A stretch of 64,000 bases of DNA from Octopus bimaculoides (taxonomy: Eukaryota): assembly GCF_001194135.2 (NCBI RefSeq), contig NC_068982.1, positions 60,609,149-60,673,148 on the forward strand, given 5' to 3'. The notes below the pieces were generated by a model that was not told the DNA's origin, ran no database searches, and saw only the letters and a program-made list of their open reading frames with translations. Shown here piece by piece: positions 24,529-39,042 of this stretch (within the stretch, counting starts at the first letter, position 1; each line of letters opens with the position of its first letter). The position numbers and the translations under genes were made by a program.

Positions 24529-27500
24529 TAGTTTGTGATTTAATACTGTGACTAGTTATGGTACATTTCTGCTTTCATTTACTTACTAGTTCCATACTAA
24601 CTAGTAATGTTAAACCGTCTGTTGCTAGTCATAAATGAAATTAGTTTTTCTGCTGTTTATCTGTTACAAAACTTCCCTATTGTAATAAATTAACCATGAC
24701 AATTCAATAATCAAGACCTTAGCTCTAATTCTATTTTCTCTTCTATAAATAATAACTATTTATAATGGACGACATGTGAAAGTGATATAATACATTTTAT
24801 AAATCCCTGTGGGATTTCAGCTCATGCTATTATATTTAAAAAGTAAAAAAAGAAAAGAAATTAATTTAATATCATCAAAGGAAGAAAAATAGTTTTGATC
24901 TCCAGTGTATTATTATACTTTCATACACCCTTTTCTGTATCTGATGTTTTGTCATTCTGTAAGGCATGCTGATAAGGAAGGTGTTACTGATGTTGAAGAA
25001 CCAACTATTGTTTGTAGTTTTGTTAATCAGTTGAGTGTATATCCTTGCAAAATCCTATAGTAGAGATGTTTGGTCATGGAACTAGTTTTGCATATGCTCA
25101 AACGTTATCTTAATCTCTTTTCATTTTGGTGTGTTGATTCTATTATTCATTTAGCTTCTCTAGTAAAATATAATGTTTTTTAGGTCTTGCTTTCATCATC
25201 ACTAAAAGATTTTAATGCATTATTTTATACAATTGTGTTGTAAAATCTGACAAAATTACAGTCATCTGGGTTTTATTTACATTTGATGAAAAAGATAAAA
25301 TATGGTTGATATATTTTAAAATTTACTTTTGACAGTTTTCATAAGATATTTTCTGCCTTTTACGTTTTGTTTTTTTCAGAAAGTCCCTATGCCTGTTAGC
25401 AGCTACATAAAATTTAATATACTTTAGCTATAGAAAAATAGCTTCTGTTTTCTTTTCCCTGGTTTGAAGCACATTTATGATTATTATTTTAAGCTCCCTC
25501 ATAAAATTTCATTGTAACATCCAGGTGAAGTAATTTAGACAAACTTTCTTGGTGGTCTCTTATACAGCCTATATATTTTAGATTAGTATGTTCAACATGG
25601 TAACTTTTGTAGTTAGCCACTGTAGATTTATCTCTGCTAGCAATAACTGGCTTGTCTTCTTTTGAATTTTCACTTTTTAATTCTCTGTGAGATGTTTTCT
25701 GGCATAAGCCACTCTTGTGGCAACTTTCATTCTTATTACTTTGTTATGCTCACTTCCTTGCACATCACATGGTTGTCTGTATCTCTCTCTTTCTCTTATG
25801 ATTGAGAGGTCATCATCTTTTCCACTGGATATATTTCATGTTTTCATTCAGCCGGATAAATATCCAAACCATATGCATGAGATATAAGAGGATTATGGAT
25901 TTCAAATTCTTTTTCAACCATTGCACATTACAGTTAATGGCTGCTATATAAATTATTAAAAACTCTCTTTTACTGTTTCTCTTTCCCTCTCCCACTCCTC
26001 TCCCGCCTTTCTTTCTCTCCTTTCCCCCATTACCTTTCTGTTGGCTTTTCTTCCTTCCTTTCTATATTTACCATTTCAATCTTTCTATTCTTCTTACTTT
26101 CCTCATTGCCTTTATTCTTCACTTGCAGTTTTCCTTCTGTTCATATATAATGAAGGCCAATATCTGCTGCTGCTGCTGCTGCCCAAATTCCGAGACTGTA
26201 TTGAGCTGTCTTGAATTAAAATAGTATTTCAGCTGATTTCAGTTGATAAAATCATCTAAAAATATTCTATAATATTATTGATTTTTCTATTTGATCTTGT
26301 AATCTAGAAAGATTGAAAAATTATGAAAGTTATTGTTCTGTGAATTTTGCTAGTCATGACAAGAACATCATTAGAATGTTGTTGCTTTTCACTTCATTTT
26401 TATTTATTTAATTTATTTATATAGTTTTTTTTTTACTAGAAAAACCAACACAAATACTATATCATCTCCCATGTTTAACAACTGAAGTTTTTCTTTCATG
26501 TTAGTCTGATTGTCTGTCTGATTCATTTCAATGTTGTTATTAGCTTTCATTAATATTTAATATCATTTTGTTTATATTTATTTAGATTACTAAAGAAATT
26601 CCATCCTTATACTGATAATAAAAGAATTATGTATATTAATTCATAGGTGTCCTCATAATTTAAAGCAACCGTTGTCCTCATCAAATTGATTTATGTGACA
26701 CTGCTATCACCACTACCACCACCACCACCCTACTCTACCACTAGCTCTTCTACTGCTACAACTACTTTTACATTTCAACATTGTATTTAGTTTCCTTGGG
26801 ACAAATTGCTAAATGCATACCAGATTTAGTATTAGAATAATTTTTAAAATATTTATTTTCTGTTGTTTATTTTAATTATAATTGTTTTAAAGTTTAAATA
26901 TTTATTTTTCTTTCTTGTTATAAATTAATAAATTCTCAGTTTTGAAAAATGCTTAAAAATATTTAAAAAAAAAAAAACTAGTTGAAAACACATTTAAAGT
27001 GTCATAACTTATTACTTTAAACAGATTCCTAACAAGTGTTTACCTTGTTTTATTTAACATCATTCAAAATCAAGAAATCTATCTTACTCATACCCTTTCC
27101 CCTTCCTACTCTTTAAAGGAAATTCCAAAGTATTTTACAAAATAATAAAGCAGACCACGTATAATATAATCTAAATGAATAATGAGTACTATTAGTATGA
27201 ATCAAGTTAAATGATATCAAAATATAACAATTAAACTTAACTGTATTTTATATTCATGAGCAGGATTGTCTGGCAAGGGTGTCTGATAAAATTATACCAG
27301 TTATATACTGCTGTCAATTCAATTACAAAAAACAGAAATTATATACCAAATGAAATGCATTAATTCTGATTTTCTCTTTTCCATATCAATTGTCATGTGA
27401 GTATAACATCTGACAAAATCAATGACCACTCAAGCATTGCAGTCTTAAATAATATGCATCATTGCTATTGCTGTTATTTTTATTTACACTTATCTGACCT

Positions 27501-28789
27501 GAACTTCTTCAGAGTTGTTGAACTAGAATAAGAATTGAAAATAATAAATATCTTATTTGCTTAGATTTCTTAGTCTTGCAACTTATTCTCAGATAAATAT
27601 CTTTACAGCAGGAAGGTTAATAAAAATACTATATTCCACTGATTTGATTATTTTGTCAGAATTTAAGTCAAGATTGATATGAAGTTTGTAAAGTTTAATC
27701 ATTCTTATTCATTGTATTAGCTTTGAGAGTTTCATCTTGTCAATTATTGATTGCAATTGAAGAACTAAAAAGAAAATTGAAATGTGCAATAAAGCAATAA
27801 ATTATAGAAAACTTAACCTAAACAAAGATATTTAATTAAAATTTCAGTGTGCATGACTCTTTCAAGCCCTGGAGTGTGTATTTGTTGTTCTGTGACCATG
27901 TTGGCATGATTAACATTACAGAGTAAGGTGTGCGTGGGAGAGGAGTTTTTTTTTTTAAAAAAGACGTTGCTCCCAACAGTGTGGAAATGTACATCACATG
28001 GACTTCAAACAATCTGTCTATAATTAATCTGTAAAGGGAGATCAAGAACAGTTAATACTGGAAGCATTAGAAATAAACTCCATCTTGGTTTCTCCCTGAA
28101 GCTTTGTCAGGATCGAGAGAGACCAGTAACTAGTGAGACGCTATAAACACATGTCATTGCATGAGTTTGCCTGGAGGTTGCAAGTATAATCACTTGATAC
28201 TTTTCAATGAAAAGCATTAACAACTAGCAAAGAAAAAGAACTCGTTACAAATGTTTGATAAATATAACTTTATGTGACACTAACTTGATGAAAACATCAA
28301 GAATAAATGAAACAGACTTAATTTTCTATTTACTCTTCTTTTTTAAAAATTAACTAGATGATAAAACTTAGAATCAACAGTTATCAAACATAGCAGAACA
28401 TATCGAGAGAAATGTGTCTCTTTGAAATACTCAAATTTTTCACTTTAGGAGTTGTGTTAGTAGATTATATAAAAGAAATACTTAAGAGCAGAGTTCTAAA
28501 CTCAGTAATTTTTCTATAGAGAAAGAACTGCACAAGATTTCAGTTTACTGTCATTATAAGTGTATATAGTGTACAAAATCAGGTGAGATCTCTGGCTATT
28601 TTCTACCTTTTGGGTATATATAGCATATATGCATCAGATGTGCTATTATATTCTTTTGAATGATTTAACAAGACATTGAAAACTAATTTGGAAAAAAGAT
28701 AGTCTATGATTAAAATATGATTTCCTTCTGATAATAAGAATTTAAAATAATAATTATATTGGCCTTGTTGATGATTTCTTTCTTACATT

Positions 28790-28915
28790 GGCCCAGGACA
28801 ACAAATTCCTAAATGAACAGATATAATTGATTAAGTCAACCCTAGAACATGACAGATACTTAGTTTATCAAACTTAAGAGGATAAATTGCAATAATTTCT
28901 AGAATTGTTATCACT
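28790..28915 (-). mobile_element. SINE family 1 remnant
   Basis: gattaagtcaaccctagaacatgacagatacttagtttatcaaac..aggataaa resembles the antisense family 1 3' half. Confidence 0.45.
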
Positions 28916-28964
28916 TCTGCATGTTTTATGTGTGTGTGTGTGTGTCCCTCTCTTGAAAAACAAA

Positions 28965-29330
28965 TAAAATGGTGAGTGATACGGACATTTGGCTCAAAAA
29001 CATTGCCTCAATAATACATTCATCAAACCCATGCTAGCATGGAAAAACAGATGTAAAAAGCAAATGAAGATATATGTATGGGTGTGTGTGATCATCATCA
29101 TCATTTTATATCTTCTTGCCATACATAAGTTACATGGGTCGTCACAATCCAAGTCAGCTCATATTCAGAGTTATTGCTCTGTGTAGACATGTCAGAGAAC
29201 CTTGTATCGCTCATATATTTTATTTCACCATTGTTTCTATAATTAGCTGCCCTTCCTAATTCCAACTACTTGACATCATGTACTGGGTGCATTTTATTGA
29301 AACTTTAACACTATATTGGTTGTCATGTTC
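28965..29330. mobile_element. Two tail-to-tail remnants of the CCCATGCTAGCATGG/(GAT)n-tailed SINE family
   Basis: ACCCATGCTAGCATGGAAAA at 29027-29046 (+), then (ATC)n and GCTGCCCTTCCTAATTCCAAC at 29246-29266 (antisense), both shared with 38158-38387. Confidence 0.55.
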
Positions 29331-32300
29331 TTAATATCATGCAACTACTTTAACATTTTTTGCCTGTAATACATCTATATATTTATATATATATATATTT
29401 ATAGATAGATAGATAGATAGATATTGATATATATGAAACCTTATTAGCTAAAATCACTTACATTATGTTATATTATTGAGAAAGTTGGTTATTTATTTAT
29501 TTATTTTGTATGTGCCATAAATAATGCCTAGTGTCCCTATATAATATCCATGAATCTAGTCAGTAATATTAAAATCTACAAATCTACATAATATGCTTTT
29601 TTTTTCTTTCTGTTCTTGTGTTGGTCATTATAGAATAACATTGATCAGCCAAGTCATGTATTTTTCTTTTAGCTTTTCTTTTCTTTTTCTGAAACGTACA
29701 TTTATTTATTAATACTTTATTATTCATTTATATATACTGTACAATCTAAAATTATATTTGTAAGACAGTTGGAAAAGATATATTTAATCTAAGGAGGTAT
29801 ATAAATTACTGAAAGGTTAATTTAGAAATATTTCAATTCAACATTTTAGATTCTGATACTGCAATGGAAACTATTATTCATTGGGCATATAAAATATTTG
29901 TGTTTTATTAGCATTAATGCTATTGTTAATTTTATATATGGCAAGAGATCTCTTATTATTTTCCTGCATATTGTAAATAGTTTTGGAGTTTTTCATTTGT
30001 GTTTATTATTTATTCTTTTTTCCAAGATGTTAGTTTAGTATGTAATTTGAATGCTATCCCCTGGAATCTTCTTCCCTGCTTCCCTTTATTGCCTTGTTGC
30101 TCTTGATGAAAGCCAGATGACAGTAATTCTGGAACATATCTGATGCAGGCAAAAATGTGTCTTCATTGTGAGTTTTAACCTCTCCCTGCCACTCTTCTCA
30201 TTGCCAAAATATTTTTTCAATCATTTGTTTATTCTCTATCATCGCATTACTGCTTCTAGCTTTGGTATGACCAGTTCTCTTCATTCCTAATTTAAACTGA
30301 TGTAGGTTTTCTTGACAGTAGAGGTAAAATTTGGAATTTCATTGTTTCTAGACCTATGAAGTAATAAGAACATTTAGAAAAAAACATTTTTGAACTCACA
30401 TCATTCAAATTGATCTCACCTTTTTTTTAAGTCTTTGTCTTGATAATGCGCTTTCACAAAGCATGCATATTACGTCATGGACTATATTGAAAACTTAAAC
30501 TGAGTCTAAGTTTAATTACTAAAATTTCCAAGTTTAAATGATCCAATCCACTTGATAGTCTTTTTTTTTTATCCGCTTCACCAAATATCTCACTGCTGTA
30601 ATTCAAAGAAATTCAAACTCCATTTTTGCTTAATTTTTCTACAAGTTATATTTTTTTCTTTTGATTTATTAAATCAAATTCTTTTGCTCTTTTACTGATG
30701 CTAGTCATTGCATTGGGGTTTTCCTGAAGAACTGCTTTCAAGGCTTTAGTTAATCATCTTAACCTCAGTATATATCACAGTTTGGTACTTATTTTATCAA
30801 TCACTAAATTTGAGAAACAGCTCAGTTACGGGATATACAGGAACAAAACACAAAAACAACTTTGATAGAAATTCAGACATAGGCACATGCACACACACAC
30901 ACACGTGCGTGCACATGCATGCACACACACACACACATGCATGCACACATATTACATGTTTCTGCACAGTTTCCACCTACCAAAATTCATTGTCTACTTT
31001 ATTTGATGAATCATGTGGAAAATGTTATTTAACAACATTACCAATTCATCAAAAGAACATAATTTCATGTCAATAGTTGTAAAATAGTAATGTTTCTTAC
31101 TCTGAAATGCTTAAAGAACATTTAAGATATTTCATATCTTTTGATTTTCTAATGTCCCATAATTCACAAATCCTTGAAATATGTTCATCCTAAGCTGAAT
31201 GCTAATGATTTAAGCAATTTGTAAAAGTGAAAATATGTTGGGAGGTAGTAAAAGTATATAATTTATGAATCCTTTGAAAGCTTGTCTGGAAGAAATTTCT
31301 CTTTTTGTTTTTAAGTTTTCTTAGCATATCTCCTTCACATCCCATTCTCTCTGCATGTTCATTTCCTGCAAAGACACATGACAGAAACAACATAAACCAA
31401 TTGCAAAATTTATTGATATTCATAGTTTGAATAATGTTTTAAGTTTTTAAATCATTTTTTCTTCTTTTTTTTACAATTGAAAATGCTTTTAACAGTTTTT
31501 TCATAGTAATTCATTTTTCTAGAATTGATTAAAATTGTTCTTTGTATATACACATACCTCCAAGTAGCGCCATATGAACAACAATTCAACTAAGTTACTA
31601 TTTCTCAAAAGGAAGCTTGCTTAAAAGACACAGGATAAAGACATTTTCTGTCTTTTTCATATTCTATTAATTTCTTCCTTACTCTGTAATTTTTCAGTTT
31701 CCTTTAATAAATTCCTTGTGGTGTTTTTCCTTAAAAAGAAAATGGAGCATTAGCATTTTTGTTCACATTCCTTCTTTGTTGCAAACATTGCCACAGTTAT
31801 GATTTAGTTAAAAGTTTTCCACTTACTCAAAATGTTGCCGCCTGTCTTGACAAATATGAGAGATTTCAACATTTATTACAAGATTTACAAACTACTCTCT
31901 CTCTCTGTCTATCTATCTATCTATCTATCCCTCACACACACACACACACAAACACACCACATATGCATGCATGCATGCATGCACACGCAAACAAATAGAT
32001 AGATACACATTTACAATATACATACATTCATGTATTATGAATAGCAAAAGAATAACAGAAAATTTGTTCACTTATAATTTCATAAGAATTAATTTCATTA
32101 ACAGCTGGAAGTAACTGTTTGTTGATTAATTCATTCTGAACAATAGATGAACTACTATGAGGAAATAGAACTTGCATATGACCTACAAAATAAAAAGAAA
32201 TTTTAAGATGTTGACATTTTTTTTTTTTTTTTTCAATTATCAGATTATAGTTTTAATGTATGTTTCAAACACTATATTAATATTTCTTTGTGTTTATATG

Positions 32301-35300
32301 TATACATTTGTAGTTCCTGAAGTTTCTTCGTTGCAGGGTTGTGTGTGTTTTAAATATTTTATAAATGGTTTCCCTAGCAGTTTGGTATACTTATATTAAT
32401 AAGTTTGTAATTGTAGAAATCTCATTGGGTTCCAAAATCTTGATTAGCAACAGCAGTAACATCACCTGTTTCCTTACTGATGTGGGTTGGATGCAGTTTT
32501 TATTGCTTGTTATCCTTCCAAATACTAAAATATTTTCCCTACTGTCCCAAATAGTATATCAGTTTTATTTTGAAGCAGTGCCCTCCAGATTAGAAACCTT
32601 AATTGATTAAGCTTATATATGTATTTGTTTTGTGTGCATGTACATGTACGTGTGTGTGTGTTGGTTTTAATGAATGGAACTAGTGATCAGTACTGTAGAA
32701 GATAGAAATAGTTTATTTTGGTTGATCCAGTGGCCTACCTGACAAGTACAGTTCTTCAGACAGGAGTAGCCTAGATATTTCAATCTATTCTAATTAGAAC
32801 TTGCTACATGACTGGGAAACTCCAATGTAACAGCCACCAGATCAGACTAAATAAACTAAATGTAGATTTGAGGAAAAATAACTCAGCATAACACTCTACA
32901 TGCTAGATACAGATATGGAAGGGTTTCACATGTAACATAGTCAAGCAATCAGTTGACAAAATTTCCTTCTTGGATGTTTTATGATTTAAAAACAGCAAAC
33001 AAATACCAATAAGATCGATTGATTAAAATTTTGTTTGACAAGGTAATTTCAAAGTGGATCTGGTCTTCAAAACCAACTAGTGAAAGCAGCAGATATATTT
33101 ACTATACCATAATAATACTTATTCTTCTCAATTGGTATTGCGTGTGTATTGGTGCTATGTGATTGATATATGAAAATTATGATGGTTTATTTAAATAATG
33201 CAATGTGTCATTGTTTTGAATTTATAAGAATTTGCATAACAGATATGAATAAATATCAATATCAGTACAGAAATTTAGAAGCAACCAGTTAAATGGTAAG
33301 GAAGGTAGGAGCCCTTTGTGTGTATGGAGAGTATTGAGTATTTACTAGGTTATGAGCAAGTGAAAGCTTACAAAAGGAGAGCACCTTGTGAAGAAATTTG
33401 CTGTGATGTTTAAATAAGTTTGCCAGGGCTTTTTCAATTTTATCACATTTGTCTACTAGTGTTAGGAATTGCTTACTTATATTAAGTCTTAACAGTTAAA
33501 GAGATGTGGGTGCAGACGTGTGTGTGTGTGTACGTGCACACATGTGTTTGTGTTAGCACTTATATGTTGTGTCTGTGTGTTGAATGCATAGTCATTATCT
33601 TGTTTCTTCTTTTAACACTCCATCTTCTTCCCTTGCTTGTGTTTGCATGCATATGTGAGTGCCTATACGTATACACTTAGAGATCAACTTCTCATATCAT
33701 TGCTTTGGCTATTAACCTCCTATGGCCTACTGTTCTTACTGGTTGACTCCTCTCTCTCATTTTTCTAAACCTCGTCAACTTTATTTACAGCCATCCAACA
33801 CATTTCCAAAACATTAGAATTCACCTCTTCTCATGGCACACAAACTTATTCAATTTTTATTAATTCTAACTGATTGGTTAGGTTGATAAACAGGAAGTTT
33901 AAATTGACAATTTCCTCTGTATTCTAAAGCTGGTCTAGAATTTCTCTAAGCATGATCATCTAATGGCACAATCATCCAAATTTGACAAATACCAATCTTA
34001 ATAAATATCAGACATAGTTTTAAAAAGCTATTAATTTTATCAGATATTTACTTTCACCTTTCTTAGTGTGTCCCTCAAGGAACCATATTTGATAATCCAA
34101 TTAATATCATCTGATTCCTTCTCTCATGAATTTACATTAATATGTTCTTAGGTCAGTGTTCATATATGAATTTTCTTACATAATTTTCTTCTCAATTCTC
34201 ATAGCAATCATATCTTTAATTTCTCTATTGCTGTATATTCAGCAATATCAGTGTAATGTTTAATTCTGCAACACAACTCTCGGTGTAGTCTTGTGAGAAT
34301 TTTTTACTGTTTCTTTACATGCCAGCCTCTGTTTGCTTATAAAATTCTATGCATAAATACTCATATTCATCTATGCTTGAAAATAATCTTAATTCTAACT
34401 ATCACCATCTTATCAACTCATAACCACAACATTTTCAACAACTTCCCTCTACTCATTCTTCTAATGACTACAAGGTTCACTCTGATCTTGTCCAGAATAT
34501 CTAGATGTTCAAATTAGAACTAATAATTCAAAATGATTGCTATATTTCTAAATATCCAAACTTAGAATTTGTTTTACAGACTTTTGCAAGGAGTATTTAG
34601 TGCTCTACTTTCAGATTCTCTTGATTTTATTCATGTTACCTTAACTGTACTGATCATTGTTTCAGCCTAAACAATCAGTTAAAATACCCTTGAAAAGACT
34701 AATCTATTAATATCCTAAGTTTCCTCAATATCTTTCAACTGAAATATGTTTTCAAGATAATCATAATTTTCAGCATCACAAAATTCAAATGAATATATTA
34801 AAAATCAGTAAAAAAAAGAAGAAAGAAAAAGAGAAGGCAATCCAATTGTTATAAATGATATTATAATCTGTTCTTTTTTTTTTTTTTAGTTATATTTTCA
34901 AATAGATCTTTTGAGTATAAGTTTACTGAAATACATTCTCTTCTCTTTTGCTGAAAACTAGACAACTATTTGGAAAAATATGTATTTCACTCAATTTATT
35001 TTTGCATGATTGAAATTAATTAAAGAAAGACAGATCGAAGAATTTATGCGTGTATTGGATGTTATGTTATATTCATGTAATGAAAAAGAGATTTAGTCAT
35101 TGAACTAATATTAGATTATTTCTCATATATTGTAGAAGCTCCACAATTAAATCTTTAATAACTGATTTTTTTATGATAATCCTATATCGGTATTTTTACA
35201 GTATAGGTGAATCTACTTAGCATGATGAAGATTATTTAAGAGATTATCTGTTGTTCTACATAGGGGATTAAATCTCATCAGTATTTCTGTATGACAACAA

Positions 35301-36334
35301 CTTAGGCAAAAAGTAATAGAGTAGCTCATTTGCACTTAAATAGATTCTGTTATTCAACTAGCCCAAGAATGTTTTAACTAATTATCCAGTTTTTCTGTTA
35401 ATCCGCTTCTTTCAATTTTATCAATGCAAAATACTTGAAAAATGATTGTACTCTAGTTATTTTCAGAGAGCTACACTTTGAGAGTCAGTTCACTCAGTAT
35501 TCCAGTGGAATCTATTTATAATTGCCAATAATACCTTATTTACTTAATCTACAGAGGCATAATAAATCCACTCTAAATTTGTCATAAGATTTATCTGCAG
35601 GACATATCTATAGACAAGATTAGTTGAATTTAGATACTTGTTTGGTTTATTAAAACAAGAAAAGGGACAATGTCAATATTATTATTGTTGTTGTTGTTGT
35701 CGATAGGTTTATTGCTGTTATTGTTTTTTAATTTGTTATACATACAGCGTGCTCTGGTCATGACAACTGTTAGAATAAACTACTAATAGATGAGATGGCA
35801 TTTTAAGGTGATGATACAACAATTTTTTTTTTTTTGCATACTTTGTTGCTGTTTTCTTAATTACCACGAAGTCAGAAAAAAATGTAGCAAATAAAGAAAC
35901 ATTGAAATTAACTAATTCAGCCATTTGCTAAGTGTCAAATGTAATGTATTCTCTTAGTAAGACAAATATATAGCTTGTTTGTCATTATAAACTTATCACT
36001 GTTATTTTATTACTGTGTATAAATTTTTTCTACTGATTCTTTCAAAGAATATTATTCTTCATTGCAATAACCATTTATCTACCTACAAATTCAGTGAGTA
36101 GAACTAGCTTTCAGACTGATATGATAATTAGAAATGTAGGGATCACAACACTGGAGTTACCAACATATTAGATACAAATAGTTTTGACTGTCCATTCGAG
36201 GTGTATAGTATTTACTATATATGATGGTTGATGTAAGATTGGTTACAAAAACTAGATGATGATTAGTCAATCCAACCACTTTAGAGATTCCACTCTGGAT
36301 GGTCTTTTTATCTGTTGCCTTTTACAAAGCTATG

Positions 36335-36340
<6 letters not shown>

Positions 36341-36408
<68 letters not shown>
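36341..36408. repeat. (CT)n microsatellite
   Basis: Directly visible. Confidence 0.95.
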
Positions 36409-36879
36409 ATCTATGTCTATCTCACTAAATGTGTGTACCCATGTAATAAGTTGATAGATGTATTTTATGAAACCAGAAAACTACAAGGGCGAATGGCAAG
36501 GAGAAACATCATAACAGATACACTGATATGCATGTTGCTTTCTAAATATGAAGGAACGAATTTTCCTTGTATTCTTGTGAACATAGTTGTGAACAAGCAA
36601 CATAAACCTTAATCTTATAAAAAAAAAAAACAATTAGAGTGAAGACAAACTAGGTAAGGTTGAAAAGACTACATCAGACCATGTGTTTGGAAACTGAGTG
36701 ATGTTTCCTTTATTCTGAGAGGTAGATAGAAATATAATGGTAGACACACAAAGGTATACTCAACACATTGCAAGCAGTTGTTCAGTTTTATTGTTGAAGT
36801 AAACTTGGAATACTATTTAATACAAGAAATATACAACAAGCTTTGGGGAAATAGTTTTTAGAAATGAGTTCAAGGAACT

Positions 36880-37570
36880 ATATTTTTAGGTTACACAAAA
36901 AGAAAGGTGTCAACTATGTTCCTAACTAGAAGAGAAGTAGTGAGTGAAAAGTTTTGTATATTAGGATGAGCAGCATGTGGGAGAGTGTCTCAGGGCAAAA
37001 TATGATGTCATTGAAGGAAAGCATTACCAGTTTGATGAAAGTATGCTGAATAACAAAGCCAATGGATTTGTCATTATGAGAGATTGCTGAGGAACATTAT
37101 AAATAGAAGAGGGAATGTCTCGTCCCTGTGGAGCCAACAGGAGACAGTGAGTAAAGCAATTAAAGACTTGGAGATATTAGAGTTGGGTAAGATGTAATTT
37201 GAGTTTATGTTATGCTAGGAAATCATATATGCTGTGTTTCTGGAGGATAAATTACTTGCAGAAGAACTTTGTAAAGGACAAACAACTTTATATTGCATTT
37301 GTCAAATTACAGTAAGTCTTTAATAGAGTGCTCTTCACTGTAATCTGTTGAGTCGTGAGGAATCATAATGTGGAATAAATAGCTTCAAACTTCTTCAAGT
37401 AATGAATGAGGAAGCTAAAAGTAAATCAGGACCAGATATATAGTTCAGTGAGAAATTGATGGTCCACATAGGAGCTGTTTGTAACTGCCATCACTGCATG
37501 TTAGGATTTGAGTCCATCAAAATGGATTTGCACCATATTCATAATTCTAAAGAAAGAGTTTTCAAAAGTA
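36880..37570 (+). mobile_element. Decayed RTE-clade LINE reverse-transcriptase fragment
   Basis: Across frameshifts: VSKAIKDLE..M*FEFM..YAVFL..LQKNFVKDKQLYIAFVKLQ*VFNRV..., resembling RTE RT QFGFMPGRSTTDAIF..LQEKYLAKDKPLYLAFVDLEKAFDRV. Confidence 0.72.
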
Positions 37571-37639
37571 AAGCAACATATTGTCATGTATATATGAATA
37601 TGTGCCATGCATTGAATCTTGTGTATACATGTCTGCATA

Positions 37640-37648
37640 TATATATAC

Positions 37649-37701
<53 letters not shown>

Positions 37702-37716
37702 NNNNNNNNNNNNNNN

Positions 37717-37763
<47 letters not shown>
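37640..37763. repeat. (TA)n, N-gap (37702-37716), (GA)n
   Basis: Directly visible. Confidence 0.9.
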
Positions 37764-37769
<6 letters not shown>

Positions 37770-38143
37770 CAATGGCCCAGTGGTTAGGGCAGCAGACTCG
37801 TGGTCATAGGACCACAGTTTCAATTCCCAGACTGAGCGTTGTGAGTGTTTATTAAGCAAAAACACCTAAAGTTTCATGAGGCACTGGCTGGGGGTGGTGG
37901 CAAACCCTGCTGTACTCTTTCACCACAACTTTCTCTCACTCTTTTTTCCAGTTTCTGTTGTACCTGTATTTCAAAGGGCTAGCCTTAACTCACTCTGTGT
38001 CACGCTGAATCTCCCCAAGAACTACATTAAGGGTACATGTGTCTGTGGAGTGCTCAGTCACTTGCACGTTAATTTCATGAGCAGGCTGTTCCGTTGATCA
38101 GATCAACTGGGACTTTCATCCTCATAACCGACGGAGTGCTACA
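37764..38143 (+). mobile_element. tRNA-derived SINE, family 2 (full length)
   Basis: A box TGGCCCAGTGG, B-box-like GTTTCAATTCC, about 380-nt body ending ..gatcagatcaactggg..aaccgacggagtgctacaa, inserted between (GA)n and (TA)n. Confidence 0.8.
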
Positions 38144-38157
38144 ATATATATATATAT

Positions 38158-38387
38158 CATCGTCATCATCCTCATTTAACATGCTCTTTCCATGCTAGCA
38201 TGGGTTGGACAATTTGACTGAGGACTGGTGAACCAGGTGGCTACACCAGGCTCCAATCTGATTTGGCTGAGTTTCTACAGCTGGATGCCCTTCCTAATGC
38301 CAATCACTCCGAGAGTGTAGTGGATGCTTTTATGTGCCACTGGCACAGAGGCCAATCAGGACGTTAAACGATGATGATGATGATGAT
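38158..38387 (-). mobile_element. SINE 3' portion (antisense) capped by an inverted copy of its own 3' terminus
   Basis: Interior carries CTTTCCATGCTAGCATGGGTTGGAC and GGATGCCCTTCCTAATGCCAATC; termini 38165-38184 and 38359-38378 are inverted repeats (16/20); (TA)n on both flanks. Confidence 0.7.
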
Positions 38388-39042
38388 ATATATATATATA
38401 AAGAAGTACAGTTCCAGTGACTGTCTGTGTGTAAGCATACATTTAAATATAAAAATATAAAACATACAAGTATCAATGTATGAAATAAAATAGAAAAAGC
38501 AAGTAGACTAGAATAAATGCTGAGTAACTCATCTATGATACAATGAACACTCCCAACTCAAAATATCAAGCACCATTCCTTAGATTTGGCTGATAGCAGA
38601 CTTAGAGGAGATTAGTTTTAAAATAGTACTTCTGTAGTTGCTGAACATGTAGTGTCCCTGTACATAATATATTTGTAAGAGATTAACATAACTTCATTCT
38701 GTTATACATAATTTGTTTGCGTAGAGAGTTCAGTACACACCACCCACTAAAGATTGAATATACTCAACTGGTGTTTTCTACTCAGTGGATTTTTATAGTG
38801 TACTTTCATCATTGTCAAAAGCCAGTCTGGATTCACTAGGCTTCATATTCTGTTGTTTCTTGAATCACTCATATTGTTTTACAATAAGAGATGCCATCCT
38901 ACGCAACACCACCATCACTGAATATATGTATATATATATATGTTTATGTTTGTACATGTGTTTGTGTATGTCTGTGTATACACTTAGTGTGTGTGTGTAT
39001 GTGTGTATATATAATATATATGGAAGTATATGTAGATATATA

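Noticed and set aside
28091-28138. TCTC-CCTGAAGC..GACC-AGTAACTAGT-GAGA, hammerhead-like with palindromic ACTAGT
   Set aside because: Both catalytic segments are broken (CTGAAGC, GTAA); at best an unprovable remnant.
30103-30140. TTGATGA-AAG-CCAGA..TCTGG-AACATATC
   Set aside because: Stem II is present, but C3 and the GAAA segment are defective and there is no stem I.
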